From a bacterium (GTDB lineage: Bacteria > Patescibacteriota > Saccharimonadia > CAILAD01 > BJGX01): a stretch of 32,081 nucleotides of DNA. The notes below the pieces were generated by a model. It was not told the DNA's origin, made no database searches, and saw only the letters and a list, made by a program, of their open reading frames with translations. The stretch is taken from assembly GCA_037134295.1 (NCBI GenBank), contig JBAXMM010000001.1, positions 1-32,081 on the forward strand. The letters run 5' to 3'. Position 1 is the first letter of the stretch. Each line of letters begins with the position of its first letter. The position numbers were made by a program, and so were the translations under genes. This document shows, piece by piece, positions 16,635 to 24,532 of the stretch.

Positions 16635-17645
16635 TTAGGCCAATCCGTAGATGCCTTTTTCGATCCTTTTGAATTGTGGTTTCTCCTGTAGGTTGAGAAC
16701 AATAGTAGTAGTCTTAACCTGTCTACGAGCCAGGACGCGCCGGATAATTTCATCTTTATTCATGGGAGCTTTTTCTTCTTTTAAAATCTCCTCGATGATA
16801 TCGGCTACAGTACCAGAATGATATCCCCATTCTGATAGTGCATATATTCCCCGCCCAATAAGCACGAAACGAGGATCTTTGATCAGCTCATTATGCACGG
16901 CCTGGGTGGTAACTTTTTTGGGATTAGCCGCTAACGTCGATATTTTGTCGGCAATATCTGAAAAATGTATCGGACGACCGGTCTTTTTTAGCACTAGGTA
17001 TATTTTATCTCGAATGCTTTTAGGATTAACCTCGGGCCAACTAGTCAGACCCCAGTTACCATCTAGCTCGCTCAGATAGCGCGAAGCCTTAGCCATTTCA
17101 TGCAGAGTTTCTTCACTATGAGGACCATCAATTAATTTGTAGATACTAGCAAACTTTGCAGGCTTACCAGAGTCTCGAACGGTCTTCACTAGCTCATCAT
17201 GAATCGATTTAATATTATCGGTTCCAAAGTTCGAAGCATTAGCAATCATTGCGGTGTGGTGATCGTTGCGGTCAACAAAAAGAATCTCAGGATTTATTTT
17301 AACCAAGAATATAACATGTGGTAGTAGGCTTTCATCAAGCTTTACCGCCTGTCCTAGGCTCTCTAAGCTTATTAGCCCGCCCTTATTATCAATAAGCCCG
17401 GCTAGTGTTAGCGCAAAGGGGTCTTTGGGGTCAGATTTACCCTGCAGTCGTGTCAGGGCTGCCTTCTCTATTTGGCGCACTCTTTCTCTGGTAATACTCA
17501 TCTCGTTGCCGATTTGTTCAAGGGTTTGAGATTCGGTATTTATACCACCCCTGCGTCGCAAAACTTCCTTGTCACGATCCTTTTTAAGGGTTCCGAGTGC
17601 CGAGTCAACCAAACTATTGAGTTGTTGGGTAGTAAATTCGTTCAT
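16635..17645 (-). CDS. DNA-binding protein: sigma-70 region 4 HTH followed by tandem HARE-HTH-like winged-helix modules (not a complete sigma factor)
   Basis: TLEQIGNEMSITRERVRQIEKAALTRL is a region 4.2 signature. KIYLVLKKTGRPIHFSDIADKI...DPRFVLIGRGIYALSEW follows the HARE-HTH pattern. No region 2 is present. Confidence 0.65.
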   Translation of the reverse strand: MNEFTTQQLNSLVDSALGTLKKDRDKEVLRRRGGINTESQTLEQIGNEMSITRERVRQIEKAALTRLQGKSDPKDPFALTLAGLIDNKGGLISLESLGQAVKLDESLLPHVIFLVKINPEILFVDRNDHHTAMIANASNFGTDNIKSIHDELVKTVRDSGKPAKFASIYKLIDGPHSEETLHEMAKASRYLSELDGNWGLTSWPEVNPKSIRDKIYLVLKKTGRPIHFSDIADKISTLAANPKKVTTQAVHNELIKDPRFVLIGRGIYALSEWGYHSGTVADIIEEILKEEKAPMNKDEIIRRVLARRQVKTTTIVLNLQEKPQFKRIEKGIYGLA

Positions 17646-17699
17646 ATTGAGGTTATTAATTCACAAAATGGCCAGCGTGGGCCATTTCATATCAAGAAC

Positions 17700-17728
17700 A
17701 TTATAACATCGAACTCGCTTACGGTCAA
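17700..17728 (-). promoter_or_regulatory. Promoter for the sigma4/HARE-HTH gene and the downstream ATPase
   Basis: On the minus strand, TTGACC (17728-17723), 17-nt spacer, TATAAT (17705-17700). An 8-bp hairpin (17666-17687) follows in the leader. Confidence 0.55.
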
Positions 17729-17759
17729 CTATATCGTAAAGAAAGAACTTTGAAATAGC

Positions 17760-20075
17760 TTAAGATTTTCTCTTTGGCTGGCGTTTTTTAAAGCTTCTTT
17801 TGCCTTTTGCTGGTGCATCTGCCAGCATCTTAATAGCTTGTTCATGCGTAATGCTTTTTGGCTCTGTTTCTTTCGGTATTTTAGCATTCTTCTTGCCATC
17901 GGTTATGTATGGCCCGTATCGACCGTTCAAAACCTTCACTCCATCTCCAAAATCAGCAATGTTTTTCTCGGCCTCCTGAATTAGCTTAGCTTCATATAGT
18001 GCCAAGGCTTCTTCAATAGTAATGGTTTGAGGATCGAGCGGTTTAATCGATACAAATAATTTTTCAACCTGAATATATGGTCCAAAACGACCAATATTGG
18101 CCATAATATCCTGACCATCCTTTGTTTTGCCAACGGTCCTGGGTAGCTTGAACATTTCAAGCGCTTGATCTAATGTCACGTTTTCGATCTTAGCCCCTGC
18201 TGGCATCGGAGCGAAACGGGGCTTATCGGTCTCATCTTCGGTCAATCCCATTTGAAGCATTGGTCCGTAACGTCCAAAGCGAGCCAGTATAGGTTTACCA
18301 GTCTTGGGGTCGGAACCAATCTCGCGAGACTGCGCCACCTCACTCCTTTTGATATCACCAGATTTTTCAATTAGTTCGTGAAAAGGAATGTAAAAGTCCT
18401 CTAGCATTTTGTTGCGTTCTAGCTTGCCTTCAGCAATTAGATCAAATTCTTGCTCGGCTTTGGCAGTAAAATCATAATCAACAATTCTGTCAAAATGGCC
18501 GGTTAGGAAATCACTGACAACTTCTCCGCTAGGTGTAGGCACAAGTTTGCCTCGATCAGAGCCAGTCTTCTCTTCCTCAATAGCCCGCTTGAGTTCGTCA
18601 TTTGTGAGAGTCAAAACTATTACATCGCGGGGAGTACCTTCACCTTCGCCCTTAATTGCATAGCCCCTCAGCTGGACAGTATTAATGATTGTGGCATAGG
18701 TAGATGGCCGGCCAATCCCGAGCTCCTCGAGCTTTTTTACTAGGCTACCTTCAGTGTATCGAGCTGGAGGCCGTGCAAATACCTGCTTTGCAGTGGCAGT
18801 ATTCAGGTTTAGCTTGTCACCAGTTTTGACGGCTGGCAAAATAGCATCAACTTTCTTATTAGCACCATAGATTTTCAAAAAACCATCAAAGACAATTATT
18901 TCTCCTTTTGCAATCAATACAGAATTGTTTTTAGATATATCAATTGTGATGGTAGTTCTTTCTAGTTTAGCCGGTGACATTTGGCTAGCTAGCGCCCTAG
19001 AGCGTATCAGCTCATAAAGCTTTTGATTGTAGCTATCCCCACTTGCTACCTGAAGACTAAAGTCGGTAGGGCGTATCGCCTCATGTGCCTCCTGTGCACT
19101 ACTCGACTTAGTTTTGAAAGTTCTTTGCTGATGATAAGTCGGCCCAAACTCGGATTTAATGTATTTTTCCATTTGGCCCAAGGCCTGACTACTAAGATTA
19201 ACAGAATCAGTCCTCATGTAGGTTATTTTACCTTCCTGGTAGAGCTTCTGTGCCGACGACATAGTAGCCTTGGTGCTAAAACCCAAACGACTATTGGCTT
19301 CTTGCTGCAAGGTACTAGTTGTAAATGGTGGCCCAGGGTTGCGAGTGCTCGGGCTTGTGGTGACGTCCGTTATTGTAAATGTTGCGCCTATAAGGCTTTC
19401 TAAAAAAGCCTGAGCCTTGCTTTCGCTGTCGAATTTGCTAGGTAGTTCGGCTTTTATGTCTGCGCCGTCAATATTAAATACAACTACGACCTTGAATGAG
19501 TTAGCACCCTCGAACGCATCAATCTCGCGTTCACGCTCTACCAGAAGGCGCACTGCTGGCGACTGGACTCTTCCTGCCGATTTGCCACCCGGTACCTTTT
19601 GCCACACCACCGGTGACAATTCAAAACCTACAATCCTATCGAGTATTTGCCGGGCTTGCTGGGCTTGTACTAAATCCATATCTAGCACTCGAGGATTTTT
19701 AACAGCCGATTCAATAGCATCTTTGGTTATTTCGTGAAATACGATTCGTTTGGTAGTAGACGGGTCGAGCTTTAAGACTTCACAGAGGTGCCAAGCAATC
19801 CCCTCTCCCTCGCGGTCTTCATCAGTAGCCAGCCATACTTCCTTGCCACTAGCAGCTTTCTTTAGAGCAGCAATAGTCTTTCTTTTATCTGGATCTATCT
19901 CGTAACTAGTAGCGAAACCAGCTTTAATATCGATGGCATCACCACCTTCTTTGCTTTTCTTGGCGATCGCACGAATATGTCCCATGCTACTGAGTACTTC
20001 AAAGTCACTACCGAGGTATTTTTCGATAGTTTTGGCTTTTGCTGGTGATTCTACTATTACTAAGTTTTTAGGCAT
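17760..20075 (-). CDS. topA: DNA topoisomerase I
   Basis: Toprim LVIVESPAKAKTIEKYLG, DEDREGE, active-site ITYMRTDS. C-terminal region has three G-R-(F/Y)-G-P-(Y/M) repeats and a Lys-rich tail. Confidence 0.95.
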   Translation of the reverse strand: MPKNLVIVESPAKAKTIEKYLGSDFEVLSSMGHIRAIAKKSKEGGDAIDIKAGFATSYEIDPDKRKTIAALKKAASGKEVWLATDEDREGEGIAWHLCEVLKLDPSTTKRIVFHEITKDAIESAVKNPRVLDMDLVQAQQARQILDRIVGFELSPVVWQKVPGGKSAGRVQSPAVRLLVEREREIDAFEGANSFKVVVVFNIDGADIKAELPSKFDSESKAQAFLESLIGATFTITDVTTSPSTRNPGPPFTTSTLQQEANSRLGFSTKATMSSAQKLYQEGKITYMRTDSVNLSSQALGQMEKYIKSEFGPTYHQQRTFKTKSSSAQEAHEAIRPTDFSLQVASGDSYNQKLYELIRSRALASQMSPAKLERTTITIDISKNNSVLIAKGEIIVFDGFLKIYGANKKVDAILPAVKTGDKLNLNTATAKQVFARPPARYTEGSLVKKLEELGIGRPSTYATIINTVQLRGYAIKGEGEGTPRDVIVLTLTNDELKRAIEEEKTGSDRGKLVPTPSGEVVSDFLTGHFDRIVDYDFTAKAEQEFDLIAEGKLERNKMLEDFYIPFHELIEKSGDIKRSEVAQSREIGSDPKTGKPILARFGRYGPMLQMGLTEDETDKPRFAPMPAGAKIENVTLDQALEMFKLPRTVGKTKDGQDIMANIGRFGPYIQVEKLFVSIKPLDPQTITIEEALALYEAKLIQEAEKNIADFGDGVKVLNGRYGPYITDGKKNAKIPKETEPKSITHEQAIKMLADAPAKGKRSFKKRQPKRKS

Positions 20076-20279
20076 GAATTTTATGGCTACTTGAATATGC
20101 TAGTGTTTAATTGGTATTAATGCAAATGTGCACAGGAAAAGAACTATATAATACAAAACCCGATATTGTCAAACCTTGGCACTATAGAAAATTATTTGTT
20201 GCATTGCAGCAAGGGCTATAAAAAAGGATACAAACATACATTACCTGGCCGCAGTTTAGTTTTGTGCAGTTACCAGCCT

Positions 20280-20798
20280 TTAGATCTTTATAAAAGGCAG
20301 TATTAGTACGAAAAGTGATATTGACATGCCAAAGTCATAGATTAGTACCAGGCTATTATTAGGAGCATAGTTTTTGTCACGAATCATTTCATACAAGTGG
20401 TTGAGTCCTGCGAAAAACAAAAAAGTAATGATTGGTAGGGAGATGGCAACACAGGCCTCTATACCAGCGCCAATAGCATAAAAACAAGCTATTCCAAGGC
20501 CCAAGCTGACGGCAGCTATTTCGTACTGAAAGCCGTTCGTAACCCAGCCAATGCTTTTGGCCATATTCTTGGCAAATAACGAGTGCATTACAGAGGAGAA
20601 CAGGAAAACCCAGCCTGTAAAATACAATAGCCAATGAATGGTATTAATATCAGTAGTCTCAACACTGGCAGACAGCGGCGCTCGCGATCCACTTAGGGCC
20701 AAAACCCAGGCCATCACAAACATAGCTGGCAAAACAAGTCCAGAAATTAGTTCACCGATATTACTTTTAGATTTGCCTTTAGCTTGAGACACTGCCAC
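20280..20798 (-). CDS. Hypothetical integral membrane protein (about 5 TM helices)
   Basis: 172-aa ORF with a GTG start 5 nt after GGAGG. Hydrophobic helices throughout. No family motif confidently recognised. Confidence 0.55.
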   Translation of the reverse strand: MAVSQAKGKSKSNIGELISGLVLPAMFVMAWVLALSGSRAPLSASVETTDINTIHWLLYFTGWVFLFSSVMHSLFAKNMAKSIGWVTNGFQYEIAAVSLGLGIACFYAIGAGIEACVAISLPIITFLFFAGLNHLYEMIRDKNYAPNNSLVLIYDFGMSISLFVLILPFIKI

Positions 20799-20962
20799 AT
20801 AACCTCCATGTTTATAATATAATTTATTTTACAGCTTTATATAAGCATAAGCAATAAGTTCAAGAATAGGGGGGCTAAATTTAAATCTGTTCGGTCACTC
20901 AGCTGTAGAAGCCAATATTTTGTAGAGTAGTTTAACGAAGTATGAAGGCACTGAATAAAAAT

Positions 20963-20992
20963 GGGGCTCGGCGGTTAAAACCACCGAGCCCC
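20963..20992 (-). terminator. Rho-independent terminator of the structured RNA gene
   Basis: A 12-bp GC-rich stem. It is complete only on the minus-strand RNA (GGGGCUCGGUGG/CCGCCGAGCCCC with one G-U pair); the plus strand has a C-A mismatch. Followed by AUUUUUAUU. Confidence 0.75.
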
Positions 20993-20993
20993 T

Positions 20994-21344
20994 ATTCTTT
21001 GGATGTGCCGCTTGGCTAGTAAAAAAATAAAAGCAGCAGTCATTTTGGAGTGACACTCCCCGAGAATTGCAATCAAGCAGTCGGTGGGAGAGGCAAATTC
21101 TCCCGTACCATACCGACATCTCCGCCCTGCGATTGGTTGCAGAGGCTTGCCTATGATGCTTTTGTAGCAACTCTCAGCTAGCAGTCAAGCAGTCTATCAT
21201 GGTCAAGGCAGGAGCGTAAATTCAGCTAGCTTCTTTGTCTGCAGAAGGTCAACTGTCTTTGGCTTTAACCCAATGGGCTGACAGACCATAAGGGCGAAAG
21301 GCTTCCCTTTAGCTTTAAGCTGCTAGTTTTCCAAAGAACATTGC
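20994..21344 (-). ncRNA. rnpB: Structured ~350-nt RNA gene; candidate divergent bacterial RNase P RNA
   Basis: Own promoter and terminator. Ends pair: UUCUUUGGA (21338-21330) with UCCAAAGAA (21003-20995); AGCAGC pairs with GCUGCU. Three collinear matches to remembered E. coli M1 RNA (GGUACGG, CUGCUUGA, AAUGACUG) at similar spacing. The CR-I/CR-V core matches poorly. Confidence 0.45.
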
Positions 21345-21350
21345 AAACAT

Positions 21351-21379
21351 ATTATACTACATTATTTGTATAATTTCAA
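21351..21379 (-). promoter_or_regulatory. Promoter of the structured RNA gene
   Basis: On the minus strand, TTGAAA (21379-21374), 17-nt spacer, TATAAT (21356-21351), starting 2 nt after the dprA stop codon. Confidence 0.65.
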
Positions 21380-21381
21380 CT

Positions 21382-22233
21382 TTAAGCCAGTATCCAACTG
21401 CCTGCTCCGAGGTTTTTTATTTTTCCAGTTATTTCCATTAGGCTCATAATAGAGGCCAGGCTTATGGCGTCAATCTTGGTTTCCTCGATCAGCTGCTGAG
21501 AAGTCAATGACTCAACCGAAAGCAAATCCATTATCATAGCCTCTTGCTTGCTATCAGCCTTAGGCTTGGCTTTAACGAGATGAGGGCTGAGGAATCCAAG
21601 TAGTGCCAGGATATCTGATGCACCTGTCACCAGATGTGCGCCACTCTTTATGAGGTTATTAGGCCCTGCTGAACGTTGGCTAGTAATATTCCCAGGAATA
21701 GCCATTACCATGCGATTTGCCTGCAGCGCAAAGTTAGCGGTTATCAGGCTGCCAGATTTGGCATCGGCTTCTGTTACTACGGTAGCCATACTCAGCCCAG
21801 CTATTATTCTATTGCGGGCTGGAAAATTATACCGAAGTGGCTCAGTGCCCTCTGGATATTCGCTGACAACAGCTCCACCAGATTTAATAATAGCTTCAAA
21901 TAAGCCAGTATTACTCCTAGGGTAAGGCCTATCGAGTCCACAGCCCAGTACTGCTAAGGTTAATCCTCCGGCCTCTATGACGGCCTTATGGACAATACTA
22001 TCAATGCCCAGTGCCATACCACTAACTACACAAAAGCCAGCCTTAGCTAGCTCATTCGCTACCCTGTAGGTAATCTCATTTCCATAGCCCGTAGGCCTCC
22101 TGGTGCCAACAATTGCTACCATCGGCAAGTCTGGTATTGATCCGGCTACGTAAAGCTGTTTTGGCGGACTAGCAATGCTGCGTAGTAATTTAGGAAAACT
22201 ATTGTCATTATGTCTAATATGTTGTATATTCAT
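21382..22233 (-). CDS. dprA: DNA-processing protein DprA (Smf)
   Basis: VAIVGTRRPTGYG, GMALGIDSIVHKAVIEAGG, AVVSEYPEGTEPLRYNFPARNRIIAGLS. Confidence 0.9.
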   Translation of the reverse strand: MNIQHIRHNDNSFPKLLRSIASPPKQLYVAGSIPDLPMVAIVGTRRPTGYGNEITYRVANELAKAGFCVVSGMALGIDSIVHKAVIEAGGLTLAVLGCGLDRPYPRSNTGLFEAIIKSGGAVVSEYPEGTEPLRYNFPARNRIIAGLSMATVVTEADAKSGSLITANFALQANRMVMAIPGNITSQRSAGPNNLIKSGAHLVTGASDILALLGFLSPHLVKAKPKADSKQEAMIMDLLSVESLTSQQLIEETKIDAISLASIMSLMEITGKIKNLGAGSWILA

Positions 22234-22289
22234 TTTCTTGTTCTATCTGTAATTATTTCAGTAGCAATAAACATAAGTGGTAAAAAGCA

Positions 22290-22318
22290 TTGACAATATA
22301 CTTCTTATGTGATAGTAT
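22290..22318 (+). promoter_or_regulatory. Promoter of the orphan plus-strand small RNA
   Basis: TTGACA (22290-22295), 17-nt spacer, TAGTAT (22313-22318). Confidence 0.55.
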
Positions 22319-22324
22319 ACTAAC

Positions 22325-22550
22325 CGTTCTTTTAACAACAACATATTTCCCATATATTTCAAGGGAGTAATCTGCTCTGCGGGGCTTAATCTAAAAATCA
22401 CCCTCCTTTTAGATCTCGCGAGCAGATTACTCCCTTTAACGCCACGGCCTACTTATATATTTTGTGACGGTCGCCAAAATCCCGTTATCGGGGGCATTAA
22501 AGGGAATAATAAACAGATCAGTTCGAGTTTATACGGCTGGTCTGTTTTTT
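22325..22550 (+). ncRNA. Orphan ~225-nt small RNA of unknown class, antisense-oriented between dprA and pth
   Basis: Promoter upstream and terminator downstream, with no ORF. 17-bp perfect inverted repeat (22361-22377 / 22420-22436) extended by an inner 8-bp stem (22389-22396 / 22407-22414). Loop sequence AUCACCCUCC. Confidence 0.55.
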
Positions 22551-22556
22551 ATTTTT
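22512..22556 (+). terminator. Rho-independent terminator of the small RNA (may also serve pth on the other strand)
   Basis: AACAGATCAG (22512-22521) pairs with CTGGTCTGTT (22537-22546). The T-G wobble is valid only on the plus strand. Followed by TTTTTTATTTTTGTTTTT. Confidence 0.65.
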
Positions 22557-22641
22557 GTTTTTATTAAATCTACCTTAGCAAGATATAATTATTATTGCGA
22601 GCATGGAGCGGTATAAAGTACATTAATAAGTCGCTGGAGCC

Positions 22642-23193
22642 TTATTTTACCGAGGTCTCTTCAACCCCATTTTCGATAGATTCTATAATCATGTCAGCCG
22701 CTTTACTAGTGATGTCTTCGAGCTTAGCTAGCTCACTAGTGTTAAACTTTTGCAGTACAAAAGCCTCCGAAGGCAGGTCTGCAGAAGTTTCATTTTTGAT
22801 TCCTACTCGAAATCTGGCAAAATTCTCACCAATTTTTGCAATAATATCTTTTAAGCCGTTATGTCCCCCGCTGCTTCCTCCGACTCGAGTCCTGATGGTC
22901 CCAAAATCTAGATCAATATCATCAGAAACTACCCAAATATCAGCCGGACTTACCTTGTAAAAATGTGCAATCTTGGCTACACTATCGCCACTCAGGTTCA
23001 TAAAAGTCTGTGGTTTGGCCAGTATGATAGTCTCACCGTGAATAGTCACCGAGACATCGGCCTTGAGTTTTTTATCAAACTTAACGGCTACCTTGAGTCT
23101 CTTTGCTAGATCATCGATAACCATGAAGCCGAGGTTGTGCCTAGTCTCCTGATATTCTTGTCCTGGGTTGCCTAGTCCTATAATGAGTTTCAT
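22642..23193 (-). CDS. pth: Peptidyl-tRNA hydrolase
   Basis: MKLIIGLGNPGQEYQETRHNLGF and GGHNGLKDI. Confidence 0.93.
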   Translation of the reverse strand: MKLIIGLGNPGQEYQETRHNLGFMVIDDLAKRLKVAVKFDKKLKADVSVTIHGETIILAKPQTFMNLSGDSVAKIAHFYKVSPADIWVVSDDIDLDFGTIRTRVGGSSGGHNGLKDIIAKIGENFARFRVGIKNETSADLPSEAFVLQKFNTSELAKLEDITSKAADMIIESIENGVEETSVK

Positions 23194-23208
23194 AGCTAGT
23201 ATTATAAA

Positions 23209-24531
23209 CTATTTCTCTTTGTACTTGCTTTTGAAGACCAATTTAATTGGTACACCTACTAGCTCGAAGTTTTTTCTTATTTGGTTTTCTAGATACCTAG
23301 AATAGCTAAAGTGTATCAAATCTGGGTGCGTTCCAAAGATTGAAAATTCAATAGGGTTATTGCCAGTCTGGGTAATGTAATTGAGTTTTGCATGGTAACC
23401 CTTGGTAGTTACTGGGGGTTGCTTATTGACGGCCTCTCGCAAGAGCTCATTAAGCTTAGTGGTAGCAAGCTTGGTATTAATGCGTCCATTAACTTCCAGC
23501 AAAAGTTGCTTAAGCTTCTCTAGGTTTTGTTTGTCGTTAGAAGATGTAAATATCAGAGGCGCCCACCATACATACTGCAAGTTAGCAGATATCACGTTGC
23601 CCATATAGGCCATTAGGTTTTCATCTTTATCTTCAACGGCATCCCACTTGGTAACTACCACAATAAGTGCTTTCTGGGCCTCTTTGACCATGCCTATGAT
23701 GTGTTCGTCTTGCTTTGATAGGCCCTCGATGGCATCAACTAGCACCAGGCAGATATCAGCTTTATCGATCGCAGACTTGGTTCTGGTGGTAGAAAAAAAC
23801 TCAATCCCAGCCGATATCTTGCCCCGTCGCCTCAGTCCTGCGGTATCAAATAAGTCTATTAGTGTATCTTTATACCTGAGTTCAGCAGAGTTTACATCTC
23901 TGGTGGTGCCTGCCACGTCACTCACAAGCGCGACATCTTCGTTGGCCAATGCATTCAACAAAGCACTCTTGCCTACATTTGGTCGCCCTAGCAATGCTAC
24001 CTTGATGGACTCTTTTATCTTGATTGCTTTTTTGCGTGGAATAACCTTTACGATAGTACCAAGCAACTCATTGATGCCCTGTCCATTTTGAGCTGAGGCA
24101 CGCATGATATTTTCAAATCCAAGCTTACGGAAGTAGTTTTCATCATCCATAAATTCTTTCTTGTCGAGTTTATTTATGAGCAAGATGGTATTAACTTTGC
24201 TTTTTAGAACCATCTTGGAGAGTTTGAGGTCGTTGTTATTGAGTTCGCTGGTGCCATCTACTACAAACAGCACTAAGTCGCTTTGCTTGATTGCACTATC
24301 AATTTGCGAAATAGCGAGCTTATTTAGCTCATCAGTAGTTTTGGCAAATCCGGCACTATCGACTAACTCAAAAGCGACTTCATCGTGCTTTACGACAGCC
24401 CTGTTTTGGTCGCGAGTGGTATGAGCGACATGCGAAGTAATCGCCTGATTACTGTGAGTCAGACGATTAAACAGTACGCTTTTGCCAACATTGGGTTGGC
24501 CTACGATTATTACTCTTGATAATGCTTTCAT
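23209..24531 (-). CDS. der: Ribosome-assembly GTPase Der (EngA)
   Basis: Two tandem G domains (GQPNVGKS...DSAG...NKLD and GRPNVGKS...DTAG...TKWD) plus a C-terminal KH-like domain. Confidence 0.93.
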   Translation of the reverse strand: MKALSRVIIVGQPNVGKSVLFNRLTHSNQAITSHVAHTTRDQNRAVVKHDEVAFELVDSAGFAKTTDELNKLAISQIDSAIKQSDLVLFVVDGTSELNNNDLKLSKMVLKSKVNTILLINKLDKKEFMDDENYFRKLGFENIMRASAQNGQGINELLGTIVKVIPRKKAIKIKESIKVALLGRPNVGKSALLNALANEDVALVSDVAGTTRDVNSAELRYKDTLIDLFDTAGLRRRGKISAGIEFFSTTRTKSAIDKADICLVLVDAIEGLSKQDEHIIGMVKEAQKALIVVVTKWDAVEDKDENLMAYMGNVISANLQYVWWAPLIFTSSNDKQNLEKLKQLLLEVNGRINTKLATTKLNELLREAVNKQPPVTTKGYHAKLNYITQTGNNPIEFSIFGTHPDLIHFSYSRYLENQIRKNFELVGVPIKLVFKSKYKEK

Positions 24532-24532
24532 T

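Noticed and set aside
13913-17645. Integrative conjugative element or other mobile element around the VirD4-like ATPase
   Set aside because: The window has no integrase, relaxase, other T4SS components, flanking direct repeats or tRNA target. The flanks are core housekeeping genes in normal operon context.
20963-20992. The hairpin read as a plus-strand terminator
   Set aside because: On the plus strand the stem has a C-A mismatch and no plus-strand gene lies upstream. On the minus strand the same position is a G-U pair and a U tract follows.
20895-21170. 91-aa minus-strand ORF
   Set aside because: It runs straight through a GC-rich terminator hairpin and across the 3' half of the structured RNA. 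Its composition is Cys/His/Arg-rich and it has no RBS. The locus is better explained as an RNA gene.
20994-21344. tmRNA, SRP RNA or 6S RNA as the identity of the ~350-nt RNA
   Set aside because: There is no tRNA-like acceptor/T-arm (no GGTTCGAATCC-type sequence or CCA end) and no tag reading frame. The SRP domain IV GGAAGCAGCC-type motif is absent. The RNA is too long and too branched for 6S. The end-to-end P1/P2-like pairing favours RNase P, though not conclusively.
22361-22440. Minus-strand reading of the hairpin loop as a strong RBS (AAAAGGAGGGTGAT) for a hidden small gene
   Set aside because: No usable start codon lies 4-12 nt downstream on the minus strand. The only GTG abuts the GGAGG core, and the promoter and terminator signals are plus-strand specific.
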